64,000 nt of DNA, taken from assembly GCA_963666985.2 (NCBI GenBank), contig CAXXIA010000001.1, positions 128,001-192,000 of the forward strand, read 5' to 3'. The notes under the pieces are model-generated. The model saw only the letters and a program-made list of their open reading frames with translations, was not told the origin of the DNA and did no database searches. Made by a program: the position numbers and the translations under genes. Each line of letters starts with the position of its first letter. The stretch's first letter is position 1. Source of the DNA: Spirochaetia bacterium (GTDB lineage: Bacteria > Spirochaetota > Spirochaetia > DSM-2461). This document shows, one piece after another, positions 50,506 through 60,238 of this stretch.

Positions 50506-51243
50506 ATGAAATCCTATCTTACGGGTGCCAACGGCGTTTCCGAAGCGATAAAAAGAGAAAAAGGCGTTTTATATATTTCTCGAAAAGAGGGACGATCCGG
50601 GGAATTGGCGGAACTCGCGAAAAACCACGGAGTTTCAATCAGGCGTGTTTCGGATAAGGAACTCACATTGCTGGCCGGGAACGGTCATCGAGGGTTCGCA
50701 CTGGAAACACATGAAACTTCAAAAAAAGATCTTATCCGGACTTTGGATGAACTCATTGCGGACGCTGAGGAGAATACTCTGGTTCTCCTTCTGGACGGAA
50801 TCACCGATCCCCGGAATCTTGGCGCAATCCTCAGGGCCGCAGATCAGTTTGCGGCGGCTGTCGTTGTGCCCAGGCGGCGATCGGCCGGGAAGGATTCCGA
50901 TTCGGTGAGCCGTGCGTCCGCCGGTGCGGTGGAATGGGTTTCCTGTATCGAAGTACCCAATATGGCCCGAGCTTGCGAGGAGCTCAAACAGGGCGGTTTT
51001 TGGATTTGGGGCGCGGATATGAGCGGTAATCCGGCCCCTTCGGTGAATCTTAAGGGACGGACGGCGCTGGTTATGGGGCGTGAGGGAGAAGGCCTTCATC
51101 GATTGATAAAAGAACGATGCGACGGTTTGATTCGAATCCCCACCGGGGGCCGAATCGATTCACTGAATGTCGCTACCGCCGCCGGAATCCTGATGTATGA
51201 GGCTCGCAGGCAGCAGTCGTTCCCTTACCGAGGGTCCGTTTAA
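50506..51243 (+). CDS. rlmB: SpoU/TrmH-family RNA methyltransferase, RlmB-like
   Basis: DPRNLGAILR, MGREGEGL, SLNVATAAGI; start uncertain. Confidence 0.85.
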   Translation: MKSYLTGANGVSEAIKREKGVLYISRKEGRSGELAELAKNHGVSIRRVSDKELTLLAGNGHRGFALETHETSKKDLIRTLDELIADAEENTLVLLLDGITDPRNLGAILRAADQFAAAVVVPRRRSAGKDSDSVSRASAGAVEWVSCIEVPNMARACEELKQGGFWIWGADMSGNPAPSVNLKGRTALVMGREGEGLHRLIKERCDGLIRIPTGGRIDSLNVATAAGILMYEARRQQSFPYRGSV

Positions 51244-51336
51244 AGGGATTTTTTGTCAATCTTGCCGAATCCACTTGCGAAATTAACGGTGTCTCTGCAA
51301 AATCCCTTCAGATCTACTTGAAAAAAGGATGACCAA

Positions 51337-52515
51337 ATGGCCGAAGAAATATCCTATGTGATGACAACACCGTATACACTTGCAAAATCCAGAACCGGGG
51401 GAATCCTTGCCCGGCTCTTTTCCCGTGTTGATTTGGAACTGATTGCCGCGCAGGTTTTCACGCCGGATTTGGAAACCGTGCAAGCTTACGCCGCATCAAT
51501 TATGAAGCATGCCAATCCGGAGAAACCCGGAAGCGCCGAGCTTATCAGGGATTATATTCTGAACAATATGGTTCCCAGCGAAGAACGTGCTCATCGTGTC
51601 GCCATCTTTCTGTTCCGGGGAGAGAACGCCGTTCGCCGGCTCAGGGATCATGTCGGAGCCCTGTACCCTGAGAACCGGAGTGTCGAATCCCTTACGGGGG
51701 AGACCATCCGTGACACTTATGCCGATTTAGTCCGGAATTCGGAGGGTGAAATAACCTATTTCGAGCCGGCGGTTCTGTCGCCGCATTCACGTGCTTCAGC
51801 GCTGGATAATCTGAAAATCTTCGCGAAGTTCATGAAAACGCAGGATAATGTCGTTCGGAATGTTGTGTATCCGAGCCGGCAAAACATTGAACAGACATTG
51901 GTTATATTGAAGCCGGACAACTGGAAATTCCGTTCAACCCGTCCCGGTTCCATCGTGGATATGCTGAGCCGTACCGGATTAAGGATTGTCGGTTTGAAAG
52001 TTCACCAAATGTCCACGGCGGATGCTCTTGAATTCTACGGCCAGGTGAAAACGGCCCTGGAGAAGAAGCTGGCCCCGTCAATATCGGTAAAGGCCGCGGC
52101 CGTGCTTGAAAAGGAGTTCGGGATTGTCATGGATGAGGGGACCCGAAAGAAGCTTACCGAATCGTTCGGCTGTTTTTATGCTCATTATCAATTTGGAAGC
52201 ATCGTTGAATTCATGTCCGGGCGCAGGCCCGAGGAAGTTCCCATCGAAGAAATGGATAATCCCGGGACGGTGAAGTCGATGATTCTTGTCTACGAGGGCG
52301 AGAACGCGATTGAAAAAATTCGAGAAGTTCTGGGACCTACCGATCCAAGCCAGGCACCCGGCGGAACCATACGAAGGGATTTCGGAAGCGATGTCATGGT
52401 GAACGCGGTTCATGCTTCGGATTCGCAGGAGAGTGCCCGGAGAGAATTCGATGTTGTGAGAATTCATGAAAATGATTTCGTCAGGCTCGTTGATTTGTAT
52501 TCACAAACCGTCTGA
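51337..52515 (+). CDS. ndk: Nucleoside-diphosphate kinase with duplicated domain
   Basis: TLVILKPD, GPTDP, PGGTIRRDFG, NAVHASDS in C-terminal half; NDK-like N-terminal half. Confidence 0.88.
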   Translation: MAEEISYVMTTPYTLAKSRTGGILARLFSRVDLELIAAQVFTPDLETVQAYAASIMKHANPEKPGSAELIRDYILNNMVPSEERAHRVAIFLFRGENAVRRLRDHVGALYPENRSVESLTGETIRDTYADLVRNSEGEITYFEPAVLSPHSRASALDNLKIFAKFMKTQDNVVRNVVYPSRQNIEQTLVILKPDNWKFRSTRPGSIVDMLSRTGLRIVGLKVHQMSTADALEFYGQVKTALEKKLAPSISVKAAAVLEKEFGIVMDEGTRKKLTESFGCFYAHYQFGSIVEFMSGRRPEEVPIEEMDNPGTVKSMILVYEGENAIEKIREVLGPTDPSQAPGGTIRRDFGSDVMVNAVHASDSQESARREFDVVRIHENDFVRLVDLYSQTV

Positions 52516-52564
52516 TTCGAACAGGCCGGGCGACCGGGGAATCCAATTGAGTTTTTTACTTCTC

Positions 52565-52605
52565 TAATCGCGGCGGCGGACCGATGGGTATCGCCGCCGC
52601 GATTA
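52565..52605. terminator. Strong hairpin between convergent genes
   Basis: TAATCGCGGCGGCG...CGCCGCCGCGATTA. Confidence 0.6.
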
Positions 52606-52678
52606 CGGTGCCGGGTCATGACGTTTTTATCGGATACCGCCCCGGGGCGTCCCCGGGCGCCCGGACCGTTATCGTTTT

Positions 52679-54100
52679 CTATAAGCGGATGAACATCTTA
52701 TCGTGGTATTCCAGATTGGTGAGTTGGGCCAGCAATTTCAGCTTTCTTTGAATTGAGCCGTAAACCACAACTCTGTGATAACCGAAGAAGTTGTCTTCAA
52801 ATTCATCCAACTCTTTTGGAGACATTTTTATCGCGATTTTTGTTCTGCATCCCCAATCCGATTCGGCGTATTGATGCCCGACGGTTCGAGATTCCTGTGT
52901 TAAAAGATGGTAAGTTTCAAAATCGTCCTTGAGGGCGATTTTCGGCAATCCAAGATACCTCATCGTTCCGGTACCCACGATTTTCAAGATGGTTACATCA
53001 CGGTCTTCCGGCATGGTTACATCGATACCGACGTCGGAAAGCGACTCGTTATGCGTTCTGAATCGGAACGGCAAAGGCGTACTCCCTTCCATGCATGTCG
53101 GAGCCGTACAATGCGCCGCGATTATGCTTCCGGTTGATCGGTCGACCGTGGGATCGCATTGAAATCCGGGCCGTCCGCTTAAATAAAGGCTCATCGCGAT
53201 GGTCAGCACCGTTTCCACATCGGCCTCGCAGCCGGCGACGATTCCTTCATCAAGAAGCCGCGAGATGGTAAAACACGGACTAATCGGGAAAATCGACTCT
53301 CTGATATAGGACAAACAGTCGATCGTGAATCCGTTCGTGCCGGTTTCCTTCATAAGGGATTTTACGGCGATGTACATTTTCGCCGCGTTGATAATGTCCT
53401 GTTTTCGCGGCTCTTTTACCGTACCCAGCTTCATGGCTTGTGAAGAGATTTCCAAAGCGTCTTGTTCCGAAGCCGAATGGTAATGCGAAAGAAGATCGTC
53501 CGATGTCGCGAACGTAAGAGAAGATCCGAAATCGTCTTTGATGCGGGCCGAATATGCCGGGCCTTTCCAGCGCGGATCCGTCATTCTGGGATCGATTTTC
53601 ATCGGATCATGATCAAGATCCCTCACCACCAGAAGATTTAGCCTGCGCAGACGCATCGCCGCTTTCAGCGCACAGATCGGCTCTTCAAGAATTTGAGGCG
53701 TCGCACCGGCCGCATGGATGATTCGCGCGCCGTTGTGCTTTAACGCGGCGTATCCGTCATAATAAGTGGCGAACGGTTTCGTATACATGATCGCCGGCAT
53801 TTTTTTCTCGCACAATTTAAACACATCCGGCGTTAAACTGGCGAAATCCGCGGTCAACGGGATAATCAAAAGGCCGTCGGCCCGATCCATAAGACTGTAG
53901 GATTCAAAGATTTCTTTATCGCTGCGTATCAGCTTCCATTCGAAGAACTCAAGATCATCCAGAAAACGGCAGTCTTTGAATTCCTTTTTTAAAACTTCAA
54001 CCTGTTTCTCAAGCGGGAATTCTTTATACGGCCATCCCGCTTCCATTCCGGCGCGGCCCATTAATAAAACAAGAATCTTGAATCGTTCGATCTCAGCCAT
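52679..54100 (-). CDS. L-fucose/L-arabinose isomerase-like protein
   Basis: TIDCL, GCEADV, AAHCTAP, GCRTK, HRVVVYG. Confidence 0.7.
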   Translation of the reverse strand: MAEIERFKILVLLMGRAGMEAGWPYKEFPLEKQVEVLKKEFKDCRFLDDLEFFEWKLIRSDKEIFESYSLMDRADGLLIIPLTADFASLTPDVFKLCEKKMPAIMYTKPFATYYDGYAALKHNGARIIHAAGATPQILEEPICALKAAMRLRRLNLLVVRDLDHDPMKIDPRMTDPRWKGPAYSARIKDDFGSSLTFATSDDLLSHYHSASEQDALEISSQAMKLGTVKEPRKQDIINAAKMYIAVKSLMKETGTNGFTIDCLSYIRESIFPISPCFTISRLLDEGIVAGCEADVETVLTIAMSLYLSGRPGFQCDPTVDRSTGSIIAAHCTAPTCMEGSTPLPFRFRTHNESLSDVGIDVTMPEDRDVTILKIVGTGTMRYLGLPKIALKDDFETYHLLTQESRTVGHQYAESDWGCRTKIAIKMSPKELDEFEDNFFGYHRVVVYGSIQRKLKLLAQLTNLEYHDKMFIRL

Positions 54101-54393
54101 GATATTCTCCTTCTTGATATAGATTATTTGATAATTACGACTTCCGATTACGGAATAAGAACCAATATTGTTGTTTTATTGATATTATGGGAGTTCCAGA
54201 GGTTCAATGGCCGGAACCGATGATTTCGTGACGAATAAAAGGACGGTCCATCCTGTATTATGTAAAACGCTCGGAATTCATAACTACCGCTCTTAAAGAG
54301 AATGAGTCTTTTTTCAGTGAGGATCATCCCTGCAGAATCTGGAAACGATCGGTTGAAGCCGGAGAACGGATTAGGCTGCATTACAATAATCTT

Positions 54394-55116
54394 TTGGAGT
54401 GCATCCTTTTTGAACGGGTTACCGGAACCGCGATCGTGGAACATCTTCGCATGGAGCTGAATCCAAAGCAGGTTATGGTTATATCACCCGGCATGATTCA
54501 CAGTTTTGAATTGGAGCGTTCTCCCGGCGGATATGTCATCGTATTTCAGGTTTCCCTTAAAGAAATCCGGAACTATCTTCAGTTTGAGAATCTTTTTTCT
54601 TCTTCCGAAGATCTCTTTTTTCCGGCGGTGTCCGAGCGCTTCAATCCTTTGGACCGGATTCTTACGGAATTATGTATCAAACCGCCGGTAACGATTTTTG
54701 AACAAATCAAAGCGGTTTTATCCGTACTTGAGATTATCGGTCCCTCATCCGGGAGTTTCTCGGAAAAAAGCAGGCTTTTTCCCGAACGTCTGCGGGAGTC
54801 AATTAAATGGACCATGGAGCATTTTTCTGAGCCGATTAAACTGGCGGATGCGGCCGGGATTGCCTGCTATACGGAGGAGCATTACAGCAGATTGTTTAAG
54901 AAATGCACCGGCGGCACATGGAATGATTTCTTACGGTCGATGAGACTGGACCGGGCCAAGGTTCTGCTGGCGGGCGGGATGGATGTTACTTCGGCCTGTT
55001 ATGAATCGGGTTTCGGGAATCTTTCCTATTTTATCCAGGTTTTTCGGCGGTACGAGGGATGCACTCCGAAACAATTTACGGCAAGTTTGCTTCAAGGACG
55101 GAGAGACGGCTTATAA
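54394..55116 (+). CDS. AraC-family regulator, 5' end problematic (see findings)
   Basis: PGMIHS; YSRLFKK, ACYESGFGNLSYFIQVFRRYEGCTPKQF. Confidence 0.85.
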   Translation: MECILFERVTGTAIVEHLRMELNPKQVMVISPGMIHSFELERSPGGYVIVFQVSLKEIRNYLQFENLFSSSEDLFFPAVSERFNPLDRILTELCIKPPVTIFEQIKAVLSVLEIIGPSSGSFSEKSRLFPERLRESIKWTMEHFSEPIKLADAAGIACYTEEHYSRLFKKCTGGTWNDFLRSMRLDRAKVLLAGGMDVTSACYESGFGNLSYFIQVFRRYEGCTPKQFTASLLQGRRDGL

Positions 55117-56115
55117 TTCGGTTCCCTCATATGAGAGAAGCCGCCTCAATTCTTCCGGGGAGGTTGATATCATGAGCTTTTTACGCAGATCCGATGCCCC
55201 CGTCCATCCGGTGATATAGCCGGAAAGATGCTTTTTTATTTCCCGAACGGCCGTTTCTTCGCCGAACGCGGCGGCCGCCGCGTTAAAATGGAAGGACGCC
55301 GCCGCGATTCGTTCTTCGGGAGTCGGTGATTCGCTTGGAATCCTTTTTCCGAGGAATTGCCCCGCCGAAGAAAAAATCCAAGGATTGCCGACGGCGCCTC
55401 GGGCGATCATAACCGCGGCGCATCCGGTTTGGCAAAGCGTCGCGGCGGCGGAGTCCGCGTCCGTGATGTCTCCGGATCCGATAACGGGAAGTTTTGTCGA
55501 CGCGGCCATTTCGGCGATAAGACTCCGATCGGCCCGTCCTCCGTATCTCATGGCCCGGGTTCTTGGATGAAATCCCACGGCCGCGGCGCCGGCATCCTCG
55601 GCCGCGGTTACGGCTTCCTTCCAATTCAAATTCTCATTATCCCAGCCGCTGCGGATTTTCACGGTAACGGGAATTTCTCTCCCCACGGAATCGACCATGG
55701 CCTTCAGAGCTCTGTAAAGGGCTTTCGCGTCGCGGCCGAGTGCGGCGCCGCTTCCGCCGCGAATCACCTTCGGAACCGGACATCCGGCGTTTAAATCCAC
55801 AAGATCGGCTCCGGCTTCAACGGCTATTTCCGCTGCTCGGGCAAGTGTTTCCGGATGAGAACCGTAGAGCTGAAGGGCCAGGATCGATTCACCTTCGGCC
55901 CGATTCATCATTTCAAAGGTTCGTTTATTCCCGCGAACGAGTCCTTCCGCGGAAATCATTTCCGTATAGGCGAGATCCGCGCCGTATTGGAGAGCCATGG
56001 CCCGGGTAATCCTGTCGCTGTAACCCGCCATGGGGGCCGCGAAGATATTCCCGGGGATTCGCAAAGAGCCGATATCCACCGGCCCGTACAAAAGAAGAGA
56101 ATTGTCGCCGTTCAC
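55111..56115 (-). CDS. dusB: tRNA-dihydrouridine synthase
   Basis: APMAG, DLNAGCP, VKIRSGW, HPRT, MIARGAVGNPW; GTG after GGAGG. Confidence 0.93.
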   Translation of the reverse strand: MNGDNSLLLYGPVDIGSLRIPGNIFAAPMAGYSDRITRAMALQYGADLAYTEMISAEGLVRGNKRTFEMMNRAEGESILALQLYGSHPETLARAAEIAVEAGADLVDLNAGCPVPKVIRGGSGAALGRDAKALYRALKAMVDSVGREIPVTVKIRSGWDNENLNWKEAVTAAEDAGAAAVGFHPRTRAMRYGGRADRSLIAEMAASTKLPVIGSGDITDADSAAATLCQTGCAAVMIARGAVGNPWIFSSAGQFLGKRIPSESPTPEERIAAASFHFNAAAAAFGEETAVREIKKHLSGYITGWTGASDLRKKLMISTSPEELRRLLSYEGTEL

Positions 56116-56233
56116 GGCACCTCCGTATCGGCGGGAGCGCAAGCGGGGATCATTTTCCTTGTCCTTGCCTTACGGCATAGCGCCGCGGCCGTTCGGAACG
56201 CGGAGTTCCGGCGCGCGGCGGAATCCTTTTATC

Positions 56234-57019
56234 TCAGGCGTTCCGATCCAGACCGAAAAGATCGCATGCGTTGTTCCAGAGCGCTTCGGTAACGATTTCC
56301 TCGTCTTCTTCCCGGATTTCGGCGATGAACGCGGCCGTGGAGGGCAAATAAACGGGTTTGTTCCGTTTGCCTCGGAAATCGGCGGGAACCATGAAAGGAC
56401 TTTCACTTTCGATCACAATGCGCTCAAGGGGAAGGTTCACCACGGTTTCATGCAGATTTCGCGCGTTTCTGTACGTAACGTTTCCGGCGAAAGAGAAGTA
56501 GAGGTTGTCGTGGCGGCTCAGCATATCTTCCGCGTATTCCCAATCTTCCGAATAGCAGTGAAGCACGCCGCCGCGGGAAGGAAGCTTGGATTTAAGAATT
56601 TCCTTAATGTCATGTCCGGCTTTTCGGTTATGGATAACGACCGGAAGGTTGTAGCTTTCCGCCAGTTCAAGCTGGGCGATGAACAACTCGACTTGGGAAC
56701 TTTTGTCGCCGAATTTGCGAAAATAATCGAGTCCGGTCTCGCCGATGGCCACAACACGGTCTTTCTGCACGCCCTCGTTGATTTTTTGCTGCCAGTCGGA
56801 ACCCGGATGCTGAACTTCGGACGGAGAAACGCCGATACTGAAAATAACATTAGAAGCGGTGATGAGGTTCTGGTAAACCTCGAAGAAGTCCTGAAGGTTA
56901 TTGGTGATGCTTAAAATCTTTTGGACGTTCGCCTGCTTGGCTTCCTGCGTGACGATGAGCTGTTCGATTGAATCTTCGTGGATAAGACCAATATGGGCGT
57001 GGGTGTCGAAATACCGCAT
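56234..57019 (-). CDS. tatD: TatD-family hydrolase
   Basis: DTHAH, IGETGLDY, IHNR, LHCY. Confidence 0.93.
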   Translation of the reverse strand: MRYFDTHAHIGLIHEDSIEQLIVTQEAKQANVQKILSITNNLQDFFEVYQNLITASNVIFSIGVSPSEVQHPGSDWQQKINEGVQKDRVVAIGETGLDYFRKFGDKSSQVELFIAQLELAESYNLPVVIHNRKAGHDIKEILKSKLPSRGGVLHCYSEDWEYAEDMLSRHDNLYFSFAGNVTYRNARNLHETVVNLPLERIVIESESPFMVPADFRGKRNKPVYLPSTAAFIAEIREEDEEIVTEALWNNACDLFGLDRNA

Positions 57020-57149
57020 GAGTAACCCGCTTTCGGTGAATTTCAATGCCGACCGGCATCTACCTTCATTGTTAACTCGCTCGGGAACCCTTGTCAATAT
57101 AAATCGCTTCGATGACGGAGCTTGCCTTCTCAGAGCAGGGTAGGATAAT

Positions 57150-58220
57150 ATGAGAGATGATTCCGACGGAATCGATCGGGGAGACAGAGTGCCGAAGACG
57201 AAATCCGTTCAGAACAGGCGATCACGCCGCGTGGGAACGGCCCAAGGGGGCCTGATGGGTTTTTTATGGCGTTTCGGACGCCAGAAGTTCACCGTTATGT
57301 TCGTTCCCCATTCCGAAAAGAAAACAGTCCATTTTCAGATGTCGCTGTTTACCATGTTCTTCATGATCGTTATTTTCCTCGGTCTGCTGGCGGGTTTTTT
57401 CTGGTTTTCCCTGGACTTCTCCGGCAAGGAGATGATGCTGGCCCTGCGGACTCGGGATTTGGCCGATACCGAAGCGAGTCTGGATGTTATCCGTGATGAG
57501 GTTGGCGATTTGGTTACATCGGCCGGAACGTTCCGGAACAGCCTTAACCGAACAATGGATGTTCTCGGCATTGAAGACCCCTCACCCATGGCGGCCGTCG
57601 GCGGAAGCGGCGATTTGGCGGATTTATTCGCCGTTGAGCAGGCGGACGGCTCCACCTTGGCGGAAGTCGCCGATCTCCAGGCGCTGCGGATCTCTTTGGA
57701 TAATTCGGTAGCCACCTTGGAAAATATCGGAACGGTTCTTTCCAGCCAAAAAGATCTTCTTTCGGATATTCCGACGATTTGGCCTCTGAAAGAAGTTCGG
57801 GGATGGGTTACGCAGGTCTTCGGTCCTCAAATCCATCCGGTTTTTCATTATTGGTATCTTCACAGAGGCGTGGACATCGCGTTCGGTATGGGAATTCCCA
57901 TCATGGCGACGGCGAACGGGAAGGTTATTGAAGTGAAGTTCGATCCGGATGGATTCGGGAATTACATCGTTCTCCAGCATAAATACGGTTTTAAAACGCG
58001 ATACGCGCATCTTCAGCGTCAGCTGGTCAGCGTCGGTCAGCAGATATCTCAGGGTGAAATCATCGGAACAATGGGCAGTACCGGTTTCTCAACGGGACCT
58101 CATCTCCATTATGAAGTCACCATTGGAACACAGCTTGTCGATCCGTTTAAATTCCTGAATATGGCCAACCAGGGTGATAAAATGGAGAATCTCGCGACGA
58201 ATCTCCAACGGTACGAATAA
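57150..58220 (+). CDS. Membrane-anchored M23 peptidase with coiled coil
   Basis: HRGVD, RYAHL, GSTGFSTGPHLHYEV. Confidence 0.95.
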   Translation: MRDDSDGIDRGDRVPKTKSVQNRRSRRVGTAQGGLMGFLWRFGRQKFTVMFVPHSEKKTVHFQMSLFTMFFMIVIFLGLLAGFFWFSLDFSGKEMMLALRTRDLADTEASLDVIRDEVGDLVTSAGTFRNSLNRTMDVLGIEDPSPMAAVGGSGDLADLFAVEQADGSTLAEVADLQALRISLDNSVATLENIGTVLSSQKDLLSDIPTIWPLKEVRGWVTQVFGPQIHPVFHYWYLHRGVDIAFGMGIPIMATANGKVIEVKFDPDGFGNYIVLQHKYGFKTRYAHLQRQLVSVGQQISQGEIIGTMGSTGFSTGPHLHYEVTIGTQLVDPFKFLNMANQGDKMENLATNLQRYE

Positions 58221-58233
58221 TATAATAAAGAAC

Positions 58234-58674
58234 ATGAATGAATATAACAAAGACTCGGCTCTCATAAATTCCATAATCGGTGAAGGAACACAGTTCCGCG
58301 GAGACCTTGATTTAAAAGGGCTTTTAAGAATCGATGGGGATTTCGAGGGCAATATCCGAACCGAAGGCCGCGTGCTGGTGGGAAAAGGCGGGCGGGCGAG
58401 ATGCCTGATAGAAGCCGATACCGTTGTCGTCGGAGGCATCGTTAAGGGCGATATCAAAGCGGCGACGAAAGTCGTCCTTTTATCAACATGTGTCGTGATC
58501 GGAAACATCAAATCTCCGCAGCTTCTTGTTGAGGAGGGTGTTCTTCTTCACGGTCACGCGACCGTTACGGAAGATAAGAAGGCTCTGATGGCGGCCCCCG
58601 CCGGAGACGACGGAGGTTTCTCCGTTGATTTCGGAACCGCAAGAACGGCGGCGGCGAATTCTTCGGGATTGTAG
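58234..58674 (+). CDS. Bactofilin
   Basis: SIIGEGT, LRIDGDFEG, GIVKGDI beta-helix repeats. Confidence 0.93.
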   Translation: MNEYNKDSALINSIIGEGTQFRGDLDLKGLLRIDGDFEGNIRTEGRVLVGKGGRARCLIEADTVVVGGIVKGDIKAATKVVLLSTCVVIGNIKSPQLLVEEGVLLHGHATVTEDKKALMAAPAGDDGGFSVDFGTARTAAANSSGL

Positions 58675-58682
58675 GCCCGAAT

Positions 58683-59198
58683 ATGGATATTGAGAGGCTC
58701 AGCCAGATCGGATCATCTCTGGACACGAGACTCAAAAAAAAGAAAGATTCGGAGAAGATCCGTACCGGGAAGGGTTCCAGGACCGCTTTCGGGAGAGTTC
58801 TTGAACATGCGTCGGAGGGATTCGGAGCGGAAGGAATCGCCGGGATTCGGGATTTGCCCGCTCTGGACGCCAGCGAAACCCTTGAAAGTTTGCTGGATGA
58901 TGTTCATGAAGCCGGTGACGCTCTTAAAAGAGATCCTGTTTTCGGTCCTTTGAAGGGATATAAACAGGCGGTTCGCCGTTTTTTAAAATACGTCCTTGAT
59001 AACGGCTTGGAAGCCGAAGAAATTGTTGGAATTAGAAATCCCCGGACGATGCAGCAAAAAAAGTATATCGTTGTTCGGGTTGTGGACGAGAAGCTGGAAG
59101 GACTCGCGGCTCACGTTTTGAAGAGCCAATCGGACCAATTCGAGATTCTTCGCAGGATAGATGAGATTTACGGATTGCTTGTAGATTTGACGGGTTGA
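58683..59198 (+). CDS. YaaR/DUF327 family protein
   Basis: YKQAVRRFL, VDEKLEGLA, IDEIYGLLVDL. Confidence 0.85.
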   Translation: MDIERLSQIGSSLDTRLKKKKDSEKIRTGKGSRTAFGRVLEHASEGFGAEGIAGIRDLPALDASETLESLLDDVHEAGDALKRDPVFGPLKGYKQAVRRFLKYVLDNGLEAEEIVGIRNPRTMQQKKYIVVRVVDEKLEGLAAHVLKSQSDQFEILRRIDEIYGLLVDLTG

Positions 59199-59202
59199 TG
59201 GA

Positions 59203-60114
59203 ATGAAAAATAATACGCATAGGGAAAACAGCGGAAACCACGGATCGGCCGTTCATGCCGAATTCCGAACTGTGCCTGAAAATCTGTGGCGCGCCAGAGT
59301 GATTCCGACCAACGATTTTGAATACTGTTCGCCTCCGGAGGGGATGGATCTCGAACGGGGCCGTTTTGTCGTTATTCCGACACGATACGGTTTGGATATG
59401 GCCCGAATCCTCGGACCCGTCGACGATGTATCCGGCGTGGAGCCCGAACACGTTCGGCTTATCGAGCGTTTGGCCACCGAAGAGGATTTGGCGAAAAGAA
59501 CCGAGCTTGAGGCCCTGGAAGAAACCGCGTACAAAATTTGCCGTGAGAAAATCGATCGTCTCAAGCTGGCGATGAAGCTGGTTTCGGCCCATTATTTGTT
59601 GGACGAGCAGAAGGTGATGTTTTATTTCACCGCCGAGAACAGAATCGATTTTCGTGAACTCGTGAAGGAATTGGTCTCTTACTTTAAAATGAGAATCGAA
59701 CTCAGGCAGATAGGGGTTCGCGACGAATCGAGAGTCATCGGCGGAGTGGCGGTCTGCGGCAGACCCTTCTGCTGTCACGGTTTGACCGATAAGCTTTCAC
59801 CCGTTTCCATCAAGATGGCCAAAGATCAGAACCTTTCCCTGAATTCATTGAAAATTTCCGGTCCCTGCAGCCGGCTTCTCTGCTGTTTGGCCTTCGAGCA
59901 CGAGCATTATTCCATGGAGCGAAAATGTCTTCCCCGCGAGGGGGCGCGCATAGTGCACAAAGGCGTTCCTTACAAGGTTACCGAGGTGAGTATTTTTTCC
60001 AGATCCGTTACTCTATCGGCTTCGGAAGGCCGCCGCATGGTTGTTTCCGCCGTCAATTTAACGAAAAGGGACGGCGGGGGATGGGAGATTCTTTCGGACG
60101 ATATGGAAGATTAG
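59203..60114 (+). CDS. yaaT: PSP1-domain protein YaaT/RicT
   Basis: RIDFRELVK, RQIGVRDE, CGRPFCC, KISGPCSRLLCCL. Confidence 0.93.
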   Translation: MKNNTHRENSGNHGSAVHAEFRTVPENLWRARVIPTNDFEYCSPPEGMDLERGRFVVIPTRYGLDMARILGPVDDVSGVEPEHVRLIERLATEEDLAKRTELEALEETAYKICREKIDRLKLAMKLVSAHYLLDEQKVMFYFTAENRIDFRELVKELVSYFKMRIELRQIGVRDESRVIGGVAVCGRPFCCHGLTDKLSPVSIKMAKDQNLSLNSLKISGPCSRLLCCLAFEHEHYSMERKCLPREGARIVHKGVPYKVTEVSIFSRSVTLSASEGRRMVVSAVNLTKRDGGGWEILSDDMED

Positions 60115-60142
60115 ATAATCCGATCTTCAGGGCCGTGGCTTG

Positions 60143-60172
60143 TTGACATCATTTACGGGCTTTTGTTAATAT
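60143..60172 (+). promoter_or_regulatory. sigma70 promoter ahead of Zn-ribbon ORF
   Basis: TTGACA-N18-TAATAT with TGn extension. Confidence 0.6.
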
Positions 60173-60238
60173 CGGTCCGCCAATTATTTAAAAGAAGAGA
60201 ATCTCTTTATGGAGATTCGGCTTCCAAGGAGTGAACTC

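Noticed and set aside
54187..54231. Selenocysteine or read-through at the TGA upstream of the AraC frame
   Set aside because: No SECIS-like hairpin or Cys-equivalent context; an indel or alternative start is simpler
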